A stretch of DNA of 64,000 nucleotides. It comes from the human T2T-CHM13v2.0 reference genome, Homo sapiens. How positions within the stretch are numbered: the first letter of the stretch is position 1; every line of letters starts with the position of its first letter. Positions 1 to 11,030 of the stretch are shown here, piece after piece. Both the position numbers and the translations under genes were made by a program. The notes under the pieces were generated by a model. That model was not told the DNA's origin and made no database searches. It worked only from the letters and a program-made list of their open reading frames with translations. The stretch lies in assembly GCF_009914755.1 (NCBI RefSeq), contig NC_060931.1; one strand, written 5' to 3'.

Positions 1-269
1 TGTTTCTGATAGTTTGATTGCAGATCACTATCTTGTCTCCCACCTTCATCCTTCCATGACCTCAATTTCTCTCTTGTGCTTAGGTCTTTTAATAGAGGAA
101 CTGACAGCTAACAAATTTCTGTTCTACTTTGGATGCCTTCGCCTTCTTCACATTTATCCTGCCCCTCTTACCTCCTCTGCATAATTCACTGAAACTGTTT
201 ATTCTGCTGTATTCCTGTCACTCTACACTGGAGAAACATCCAGCCCAAGTAATTCATGATCCACTGGAA

Positions 270-575
270 AGCACCTGCACATTTCTTCAGATTTAATTTG
301 GATCATCCGCTCCCTCCACCCTTCTCTGATCTTCCTGATTAGAGCTAACCACTCCTGCCTTGTGGTCCAAAATGGTCCAACATGCACAGAGCTAACCCCC
401 TGTGCATGTTGGACCTGTTTCTATCACAACCACAAAACCCTGTATTGTGCTTGTCCTTATTCACCACCACTCCAGACAGTAGGCCCTTCTAGGATGGGAA
501 TTGTGTTATTCATTTGTAATGCTCCCATATCTAGCACCATGCCTAGCCACTTATGAAATGACAAATACATGTTTT
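270..575 (+). mobile_element. L2 LINE 3' end remnant
   Basis: Resembles the L2 3' terminus (ccagacagtaggcccttctaggatggg...ctagcaccatgcctagc...aaatacatgttt); boundaries approximate. Confidence 0.55.
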
Positions 576-689
576 TATGTTTTTCTTTTCCTGAACAAAT
601 TATTTAAAACAGGAAAGTCTGATGGGCAGGGAAGTAGGCACATCTAGTTCATCATCAAGTTCTGCCTATTTTGCTATTTAAACATGTCT

Positions 690-1080
690 TGTATCCAAGC
701 TCTCCATCTTGCTGTCTCTACCTGAATTCGCGTTCTCATTTTCTCTCTGCTGCACTATTAAAATGGCCTTCAGATGGGCTCTGTTCTCTCTAGGCTTAAC
801 CCTCACATTCACTCTCCAGGTAGGTGGCATAATCATTTTTTGATGTGCAAATCTGAAGATGTTCCTCTATAGTTTACGGGATAAATTCTAACATCCTTAG
901 CATAGCACATAAGACCTTTCATGATCTGGCCCCTATTTGTCCATTTTCATCTCCTGCTATTTTCTGCTTCAGCCATGGTGGACATCTTGTGTGGTCTCAT
1001 ACAGTGCAGTTTATTGTGCCTTGTTCTGAATTTTTCTGTTGCAAAAAATGCCCCTCTTCAGTCTAATTTTTTTCTGGCAA
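690..1080 (+). mobile_element. L2 LINE fragment
   Basis: ggataaattctaacatccttagcatagcacataagacctttcatgatctggcccc is typical L2 3'-region sequence. Confidence 0.6.
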
Positions 1081-1124
1081 ATTCCTATGCATGGACAGAA
1101 ATTCAGAGAGAACATGTTTATCAT

Positions 1125-1225
1125 AACCTGGCTTTACCACTTACTTACAAACTGTTTAAACTTGGGCAAATTGCTCACTTCTCTGTGTCTCAATTTTCTC
1201 ATTTTTAAGTCAGGGATAATATTCT
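1125..1225 (+). mobile_element. MIR SINE core
   Basis: cttgggcaaattgctcacttctctgtgtctcaattttctcatt matches the MIR core. Confidence 0.7.
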
Positions 1226-1248
1226 TTCTGCTTAGTAAGTATGCATAT

Positions 1249-1292
1249 TGCATGAGTCAGAGTTCTTCAGTGAGACAGAACCAACAGGATGA

Positions 1293-1358
<66 letters not shown>

Positions 1359-1829
1359 GAGAGAGGATTTATTAGGGGAATTGGCTCACATGATTATGGA
1401 GACTGAGAAGTGCCACAACGGGTCATCTACCACCTAAAGATCCAGGGATGCTGGTAGCATGGCTCAGTTCAAGTCTGAAAGCCTCAGAACCAGGGAAGTC
1501 AAAGGCCTGAGAACCCAGGAAGCCACTGGTGCAAGTTTCAGAGTCCAAAGCCCTGGAGTTCTGATGTCTAATCATAGGAGAAGTGTGTCCCAGCTTCAGG
1601 AGAGAGAGAGAGAGAGAGAGTGCAAATTTGCCTTTCTGTTCTATCTAGCCTCCCATCTGATTGGTTGGTGCCTGGCCACATTGAAGGCAGATCTCCCCCA
1701 CTCATCCATTGACTCACGTGCCAATCTCTGCCCAAAACATCTTCACAGACACACCCAGAAATTATGCTTTAGCAGCCAACTAGGTATCCCTTAATGCGGA
1801 CAAGTTGACACCTAAAATTATCCATCACA
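1249..1829 (-). mobile_element. MLT2 (B/C-type) ERVL solo LTR
   Basis: tg..agtcagagttct start, caagttgacacctaaaattatccatcaca end, internal ttattaggggaattggctcacatgattatggag; 5-bp TSD catat/cacat. Confidence 0.85.
1294..1357. repeat. (TAGA)4 TAAA (TAGA)11 tetranucleotide STR inside the MLT2 LTR
   Basis: Directly visible. Confidence 0.95.
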
Positions 1830-1869
1830 CACATCAGCCATTATTGCTTATTTTACTCATTAAGGCTTT

Positions 1870-2126
1870 ACAAAAAGTTTCACTGCTACAAGCAACCTTT
1901 CAGAATTTCCCAGGATGGATTAGATTTCCCTCTTATGTGCTACATAGTTTCTCTTGCAGATCTTGATTCTTGGACTCACCAAATTTTGTTGGAATTGTCT
2001 TTATGGAATTGCCTTCTTATTGGACTGTGAGCCACATGAAAGAAAAAAAATCATGGTTTCTTATGTTTTATATCTTCAGCATGAAACATGCTGATAGTAA
2101 ATGCTCAATAAATATTTGACGAATGA
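1870..2126 (+). mobile_element. L2 3' end
   Basis: ggactgtgagcc...tagtaaatgctcaataaatatttgacgaatga, the L2 terminus; the AluY inserted into its tail. Confidence 0.7.
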
Positions 2127-2430
2127 GGCTGGGCGTGGTGGCCCACGCCTGTAATCCCAGCACTTTGGGAGGCCAAGGCAGGCGGATCACGAGGTCAGGA
2201 GATCGAGACCATCCTGGCTAACATGGTGAAACCCCGTCTCTACTAAAAAATACAAAAAATCAGCCAGGCATGGTGGCAGGCACCTATAGTCCCAGCTACT
2301 CAGGAGGCTGAGGCAGGAGAATGGTGTGAATCCAGGAGGCAGAGCTTACAGTGAGCTGAGATTCCAGCCTGGGCGACAGAGTGAGACTCTGTCTCAAATA
2401 AATAAATAAATAAAATAAAATAAAATAAAA
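2127..2430 (+). mobile_element. AluY, with a ~13-bp deletion in the right arm
   Basis: gagatcgagaccatcctggctaac and gaatggtgtgaa diagnostics; (TAAA/TAAAA)n tail; TSD about tttgacgaatga/tttgatgaatga. Confidence 0.92.
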
Positions 2431-2454
2431 AGTTTGATGAATGAATGAGTTACA

Positions 2455-2630
2455 TAGTAGGAAGAATCCATGATTTGGAGTCAGAGAGATCTGTGCTCAA
2501 ATTGAATAACTAGCTCTGCATCTGCAAGCAAGTAACAGCTTCTTGGAGACAGTTTCTTTATAAACAGGGATAATTCTTTTTTTTAGGATTAGGGATAGTA
2601 TTACACATAGAGTTTATTGCAGTGCCTAAA
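2455..2630 (+). mobile_element. MIR SINE
   Basis: gatttggagtcagagagatctgtgctcaaat...gcaagtaacag. Confidence 0.6.
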
Positions 2631-3438
2631 ATGTTGCTGTTTTTATCCTGAAAAAATATTTCATAATTTTATTGCAAAGTTAGAGTTAGCTGGCAGATGC
2701 AGTTTTCCCCTTGAAGAATCATATTAACTCTGAAGAAAATATCATCTAGTGCTTGTGTTTATCTGAAGATAATGTCTTGCTGAATTTCTCTGGAAGTATC
2801 CATATCTTCCTGAACTCCTACATTGTCTGTAACACCCAGCAAACACTTAGAGATTTCTTTCCTTGTAGTTTAACCAACTTCTTTGTTTACTTTTTCTGTG
2901 CAAATAGATTGTAAGCATTTTGAGGACAATAACTACATTTTGTATATTTTTAAATCCTCTTCCTGCCTTCCCATACATTGTCCCCTCCTCTGAATTGAGA
3001 TCTCTGCATGAACTAATCAATAAGTAAATATTGATTTATAAAGATGGGTGGGGCCCAAGAACAGGCAGTGGCGACTGGAAGGCTATGACTCTCAGAGAGT
3101 CCATCTCATCTGGAGTAGAATCCCAGCCAACAGTTAATGCAAAGATTGCACTGGACATGAAGGGGAGCATAAAATAAGATATGGTGCCTTCTTGGCAGGA
3201 GCTGAAGATCTATTTGGCAAGATAAAACATGCTCAAATGGAACCATTGAGGAGTAGTACTAAACAGAATGTCATTAAATCCCCACCGTGTTCAGAAGAAG
3301 AGAAATTAAAAATTCATGCAGGTGAGGCTGAAGAGAAGAGATTCTTGGGACACTCCAAAGGGAAACAGACAGAACCTCATAGATATTTGAATCTTATGAT
3401 ATGCCAGGCATTGTGATGAGTGATGAATATGTATTCTT

Positions 3439-3484
3439 GTGTCTGTGTGTGTATGTGTGTGTGTGTGTGCGTGCACATGTGTGC
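3439..3484. repeat. Imperfect (TG)n
   Basis: Directly visible. Confidence 0.85.
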
Positions 3485-3544
3485 ATACATAATAGTAACT
3501 TTTATTCATTCATTCAATAAACATTTTTAAAAACATGCTTAAAA

Positions 3545-3695
3545 GACACAAACATAAAATTTATTAACAATTTTTGAGACTATAGTTCAGTAATGTTGAG
3601 TATATTCATGTTGTTTTATAACAGAGCTCCAGAACTATTTTGTCATGCAAAACTGAAAGTCTATATTCATTAAACAATTCACTATTTCCCCGTTT
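3545..3695 (-). mobile_element. L1MB-type 3' end
   Basis: agttcagtaatgttgagtatattcatgttgtt...ctccagaact...gcaaaactgaaagtctatattcattaaacaa. Confidence 0.7.
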
Positions 3696-4559
3696 CTCTG
3701 AGCATATGTTCTTTTATCTAATCCCTGTTACAAATTTGTGGGACAGTTTTAGGAATGCCATTTCACAAGGAATCGAACAAAGCTTAGAGGTTAAAAAAAT
3801 TTCCAAGGTCTTATAAATAATAAAGATAAAACCAATGAGCCATTGATCAGGAAAGGAGTAAACTATTAGGAACACATAGTTTCAGGTGAGATAGAAGAAC
3901 TACATTTTGCTTTTTTGCAGGAGTTGGTTTTTATGGACCATTCATGGGCATGGTAGCTCTTGCCTCTAAAATGTGCCACACAGCACCTGATGCTACTCTA
4001 CTGTCAATACTTCTCTTTCCTAGAACTAAGGTCTCTGCTGTCTCAAACGATGCTGAGCAGAAATGGCTGCCAGATTGAGAACATCAGAAAAATGGTGTGG
4101 GTTCCTATGTTCACATTTTGGGCCTGTGATCCTCCCAGGCCACAAGGTATCAAAGACTGTTCTTTAGGGTGAGGGATGTTGGATCAACTTTTAAATCTTG
4201 CTAGAAATTTTCATGGGCAAGAGAGAAGGAACTTAAATGTGTCTTCATGGACCGGAAGAGCTGGCCTCTTGGGTTGATAGTGGCAAGGGCAAAGGAGAAT
4301 CTGGGTGAAAATTTTTGGCCATATTTTCAGGATTACAGGAAGGGAAGGAAGTTAAAATACAAGATATATATATCATCTCCAACCTGGAAGAACTCCGTGT
4401 TGGCTAAGGCCTTACAAATAGCTTTTTCCTACTGAGATACATCCTGGCAATAGATTAGGCCACATGTGGAGTTCTACGAAGTGGTTGTTTAAGAAAGGTA
4501 CTGGGATAGCAGGTGTACTTGGAATGATAAGGCAGGAGTGGAAATGATTAACTGTTGTG

Positions 4560-4760
4560 AAATAATGCATTTTATTTGTCAAGCACTATGTGAAGTGCTT
4601 TATGCACATTTTGTCTAATTCTTAAAATGACTTTTTATGTTAGGCATTATTGTCCTTATTTTATAAACTATGTCTCAGGAAGGTAAAGAATTTGCCTTTG
4701 ATTACTGGGTTGGTTATTAAACTAACATCTCTCAGCTTCAAACCCAACTGTCTACATTTT
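4560..4760 (-). mobile_element. MIR SINE
   Basis: caagcactatgtgaagtgctttatgcacatt...taggcattattgtccttatttta. Confidence 0.6.
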
Positions 4761-4778
4761 GCTTTTTGATACATGGGC

Positions 4779-5707
<929 letters not shown>

Positions 5708-6029
5708 AATTAAATAACTATTACTACTGCTCATCATCATCATCATGGCCTCCATTTATTATTTAGCAATGCTTTTAAGGTGGTAGAACTAAGTTCCTCA
5801 TAGTGGGTGTGGGCAGAATGCACATCCGCTATATTCTTTTCTTGCTACCCAACTGGCTACCTTTGGGATGGAGCAGAATTTTTCAAGGGCACAGGCCATT
5901 TGATCTTGCTAGCGCTGGTAGTGTCTATTAGCCCTGATGTGATGTTTTGTAATCTATATATTCAGTGCTAATTAAGCCTCAAAGCAATTCCAGCAAAGCT
6001 CTTTATAAGAACCAGGGCTATGTTTATTT

Positions 6030-6125
6030 TTCCCCATCGACTCTGCAGAGCCAAGAACAGTGTCTAGCAGTGCTTGGTAGGTGTTTAGTATGCATTTGTT
6101 GAACAAAAGATTGCATGAATGCATG
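6030..6125 (+). mobile_element. L2 3' terminus
   Basis: agaacagtgtctagc...gtaggtgtttagtatgcatttgttgaa. Confidence 0.6.
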
Positions 6126-8018
6126 AGCAAGGCTTAGGAATATTAGAATCTTATCCTCTCCAGTGAATGGATTCTGGAAACTGACTTCTTGGATATCTGG
6201 CCTTCTTCCTGATTTGTACTTACGTTGCCATCTGGGACTCAAGCCTTGAACTGAAACCCAGTATGTTCAACAGAGGCCTGACAGCCATTCTATTCAACAG
6301 AACTTCTCAACCCCACACTTCTTGTCCCTTTCACTATCTATGCCCTTTGAGTTGTTGGCTTGAGATGTGCTTCCAATCAGATGGACCCTCCTTGAACCAT
6401 AACATTACTGTGGTTTCTGCCTGCTGCTGAGCTCTACTCTATAGGTCTTTATGGAAGTAACCCCACTCTGAGCACTGGGGAAGGCCTCTTTCCCATTGGG
6501 ATTTGTACAGCAGCTAACTTCTCCTGCTCTGTACTTTCAGCTGGTTGAGCTACCTCTGTGTCTGCCCCAACCCTAATTCCCTGAATCCCACCCAGGATGC
6601 TGGCCCATGCTCTTCTCTCTGCCAGTGTTTGAAGTTCCTGCATGTCTCATGGTTAAGACTGCACAGTTTGGTGTGTTTATAATTCAGGTATTTTTCACTG
6701 GTGCTCATTATATGCAGCATAAGTCAAACAAACAGAATTTCTTCTCCACCTGACCTCAGAGATGAAATAAAAACTATCTTTGTGTTTAAATAAACGTTTC
6801 CTGGCCACCTTTATGCATAGACAAACTTTCCTTGGGATACTGAAAGAAGAGTATAAGAATATACATACCTATATTTGTAATTCAACATGATTTAACATTA
6901 TTTTCCCCAGCTGAAGTTATACATGATTTTGTGTAAGATTTAAAATTAATCTCATGTTCAGTTTCAACTTGTTATTGTGTCTACTTTTTTTTTTAACTTG
7001 CATAGAAGAACAATTCCATGGATCATATCACCTGATTGACATCTTTCTGGTTTTGCTCTCTCTGTCTAAAATATCAGAGAACAGTAGAAATTTCTGCATG
7101 ACTCAGAATGTTGAAAAGCCTTATATGATAGTAACATAGCATAAGAGCATATCCTGTGATGATTTTTCTTTTAATAATAGAGTTCTGGTTGTCAGGTTAT
7201 ACTAGGAAGCTTTTCAAGATGGGATGCCTTTGAAGTAACCACACAGTTCCTTCTCTCCTTTTTCTTCTATGATTACTATTTCTTTAAAATGAATAAGTAG
7301 GCAATTGATTTTATGCCCAGAACCCAACAATGAGACCCCCACAGAACAGGGATAATTGGAACACAGATATGTGAGCAGATGGGGAAAAATATCAGCAGGA
7401 AGGAAATGACCCAATGAAGTCTCAATGAGTAGAATATGGTTTACTGGAAAGTGTATAGCAGGTAGTAGGGACCCAGCAGTAGGTCTGGAGTACAGACATT
7501 ACTCCCTCAGAAAACTGGGAAAGGCAGGCAGAGGTTTAGGTAAGGTAGATGAAGAGACCAATGTCCTGGAACAACAGTTTGAGATCAGGAACTCAACAGC
7601 TGAAGTTCACATAGGCTGACTGAGTTTTAGGACATTGAGCTATGGCCTAAGGCTCTGTGATCTTTTCACTAGTAACTGAGGCAAGCAATAATGAACAATA
7701 ATTTAGGAGTGAAGTTGGACATAGTGAGTCTTGTCTGGTTCTCCTATGTGTATAATTTAGAAATCAGAACATTGCTATTAAACAAGAGTTAGAAACAGTT
7801 TAGGACAAAGGACTTAGACAGCAATATTCTTCCCCAGACAATACCCGCTCCACTTTTCTTCTTATTGTTGTTTTGTGATTAGTTGGAATTAGTTGGAAGG
7901 GACCTGGAAAGTCATTATAACACATTTGTAAATATCAGGTTTGGTGTGGAGTAGTATTTGACTTCTGAGGTATGGATGATGATTTGTGACCAATTAAATA
8001 TCTAAACTTTCTATACTT

Positions 8019-8589
8019 TAGACGTTGTCAACTAGCTGTAATTTTGCCCTCCCCTTCCCTCAACCCAGGACATCTGGCAATGCCTGGAGACATTTTCGTT
8101 TGTCATGACAGGGGAAGGGGGAATGGGAGTTACTGTTACTTCATCTAGTGCAAGGGTCCCCAACCCCCAGGCCGTGGACTGGTACTGGTCTATGGCCTGT
8201 TAGGAACTGGGCCATACAGCAGGAGGTAAGCGACTGGAGAGTGAGCACTACTGCCTGAACTCCACCTCCTGCAGATCAGCAGCGACTGATTATGTACCCT
8301 ATTGTGAACTGTGCATGTGAGGGATCTAGGTTGCATGCTCCTTATGAGAATCTAACTAATGTCTCATCTGAGATGAAACAGTTTCATTCTGAAACCACCC
8401 CCCACCCCTGTCCTTGGAAAAATTGTCTTCCACAAAACTGATCCTTGGTGCCAAAATGGTTGGGGACCCCGACAACTTAGGTATGTAGAGGCCGATGACG
8501 CTGCTAAATATTCTACAGTGCATAGAAGTCCTCCACATCAAAAAATTATCCAGCCCAAATGCCAATGGTTCTGAGGTTGAGAAGCCCTG
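8019..8589 (+). mobile_element. MER20 hAT-Charlie MITE, split by MER1B
   Basis: ggacatctggcaatgcctggagacatttt...catctagtg, then gtagaggcc...aattatccagcccaaatgccaatggttctgaggttgagaagccctg. Confidence 0.88.
8151..8472 (+). mobile_element. MER1B hAT-Charlie MITE
   Basis: caagggtccccaacccccaggcc start; gggatctaggttgcatgctccttatgagaatcta; ggtgccaaaatggttggggacc end. Confidence 0.9.
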
Positions 8590-9324
8590 CTATAAACCAA
8601 ACAGACTGTCATTCATTTTGTTTTTTTTTAATCCTGGTATTCTTTGTCACTGTGGATATGTTTCTTGGGCAATTGTTATACCCCATAAATAGTCTAAACT
8701 TGTTCTGAATATAACAGAATCATCTTTCGGCACCAGTTGTCTACTCAGTCTCCACAGGTTAGCATTCTCTGACTATGGCATGTGTGTTTGGGTGCATGCA
8801 GTTCATAGTAGCAGAATAGAATGAAACTGTAGACATTCACAGACCATCTAAAAGGATTAATACATGACCTTTCCTTTCAGGGTTTTTACCATCTGAGCTA
8901 CTAAATAAAATAGGTGCTTTACCCAGAGATGCAAGCTTGAAACTACAATGTGACCTAATATGTTGTTTTTAATGCAGATTAGTTTCTTCAATGCCAAGGC
9001 AACAAAAACCTGGAGTGAAATCCTATTACTCTTGCAAGCTGATGTGCATATTCTCTTCTCATACACAAACAGCTTGGAGACTTGGACCTAATTTTATGGC
9101 ATCTGTGTATGCTAGGGCCACTAATAACATAGACACTGACTGGCAAGAGTTGAATGAACTTTGTTAATCTGTTAACCAGCTGGGTTCACTTAGGCCTAGT
9201 TGACTTTTTTAGAGGAATTATTCTGTAATTGGAAATTTCTATGCCCCTTACATTTTAGATGATTGAGGGACTTGGTAGGTTTATTCTGCCTTTTGATCTT
9301 TAGGTGCTTTTTATGTATCTATTA

Positions 9325-9680
9325 TATAGAATCACAGACTTGAAAAAGACTTGAGTGAGGTCAGCAAGCTACTGCATGCAGCCAAATCTGTCTTGCCACC
9401 TGCCTGTTTTTGTAAAATAATATTTTATTAGAACACAGAAATGCTCATTCATTTACGTATTATCTGTGGGTGCTTTTACATTAAAGTGGCAGAATTGAGT
9501 AGTTGGAACAGAGATTATATGTCATGCAAAGCCTAAAATACTTATTATCTCTCCTTGAGCAGAAAAAGTTCGTTGACCCCCACCTAATCCCACTTCCTCA
9601 TTTTGCAGATGAGGAAACTGACTCTTAGAGGGACTGACTAGACCAAGGTCACACCACTAACAGAAAATCGAGGTTAAAGC
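9325..9680 (-). mobile_element. MIR, interrupted by MER58A
   Basis: cctcattttgcagatgaggaaactga...ccaaggtcacac. Confidence 0.7.
9355..9582 (+). mobile_element. MER58A hAT-Charlie MITE
   Basis: gcctgtttttgtaaaataatattttattagaacacag...gcaaagcctaaaatacttattatct...gaaaaagttcgttgacccc. Confidence 0.88.
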
Positions 9681-10698
9681 ATGATTAACACATGTTTTGA
9701 GAAATGAGGATGATGAATATCAGACCACTGACAAGCTATGTTCTAACAGCAAAATGAAGAGAAAAAAATATATTCTATAACTTGATTTACCAAAGACGAA
9801 AAAACAAAACAAAACTGGCTTGATGGATTTACTTCTTCCCTGAATAGATCAGTTGTCTTTATGTCATGCAGATAGAGCCGAAGCAGGACTTCAGTCAAAT
9901 GACATCACAATTTTATGCAGCTAGGTGGCTGTTTTCCAAAGAATAGCAGAATATTTGTTGGTCAGCCTCCTGTGTCTCAGCATTATATTCCTCAAAAGTT
10001 GAATTATTGATGGTAAGTCAGAGAAGACACTTTGGTAATTGCTGAAATCTTGACTGTATTAAGACTGACTGTCCCTGTGTTCTGCTGTGGCACCAGCTGA
10101 CAGTGATGAAATCTATAGAAGTAGGGCACATTTCCATAACATGAATATTCAGGGTTGGTGATGCAAGAATTATTATTAAACCACTGGGAAGGAACACATT
10201 CTCATTATTTGATTGAATACTAAATGCTGCCTTTTAAAAATAATTCAGTATGAATACTTTGATAATGAGGAAAGAGAGATGCTTGGAAAAAAAACTCATA
10301 CTTTTTTTTTCTCTGGTACGTAAGAAGGAAATTAAATTAAGTTTAAAATATATAGCATGTCTACAGGAACTATTTTGGAACCATTAGCTATATTTCATCT
10401 AAACCTGTCTTACATATATCGAAGTATAATGTAATAGAAGCCTGAATAGAGTCTGATGTAAATGATTTATATAAAAATAAATTATGTAAAGAAGTATAAA
10501 TAAAGACCCCTGAAAATAAATAAAATGCCTATTACAAATAATAACTTGAAAAAAACTTTAAAAAACCCAATATTTGTTAGACGTTAGATGTGTTTGCTAC
10601 AGTTCTGAGTTGGATGTGTATGCTGCATTTCTGTAAATGACACAGTTTATATATTTCAAGGACCCCTGGCACCTCTAAGAACCCTGGGTATTCCTCAA

Positions 10699-10770
10699 AA
10701 CTGAGTGTACTTCATATATGATGACAGTTCAGACAGCTGAAGTGCCATCATATATGAAGTACATCCAGTT
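10699..10770. other. 72-bp near-perfect inverted repeat (34-bp arms, 4-nt loop)
   Basis: aactgagtgtacttcatatatgatgacagttcag-acag-ctgaagtgccatcatatatgaagtacatccagtt; 30/34 Watson-Crick pairs. Confidence 0.95.
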
Positions 10771-10819
10771 CCTCATAGCCAAGATGTTATGCATAGGAAA
10801 TAGAAAAGAAAGGAAAATG

Positions 10820-11030
10820 ATTTGATTCATTCATCCATCAAACATGAATCAAGCCTCTGCTACATGCCAGACAGTGCACAAGGCTCTGGTCCTGCACAAA
10901 TTAAATAAACAAGGTCCTTGTCCTCTAAAAACTGATGATCTAAAGGAGGGTGCAGGCAAGTAAACAGATTTTCAACAGAAAATGGTATGTATTCTGTAAT
11001 AGAGGTAAGCTCAGATGCCATTGTGGAAAA
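10820..11030 (-). mobile_element. L2 3' end
   Basis: ttcattcatccatcaaacat...ctacatgccagacagtgc...aaggtccttgtcctc. Confidence 0.65.

Noticed and set aside
3414-3428. Two GTGATGA box C-like motifs
   Set aside because: There is no suitably placed box D or terminal stem, so it is not a snoRNA.
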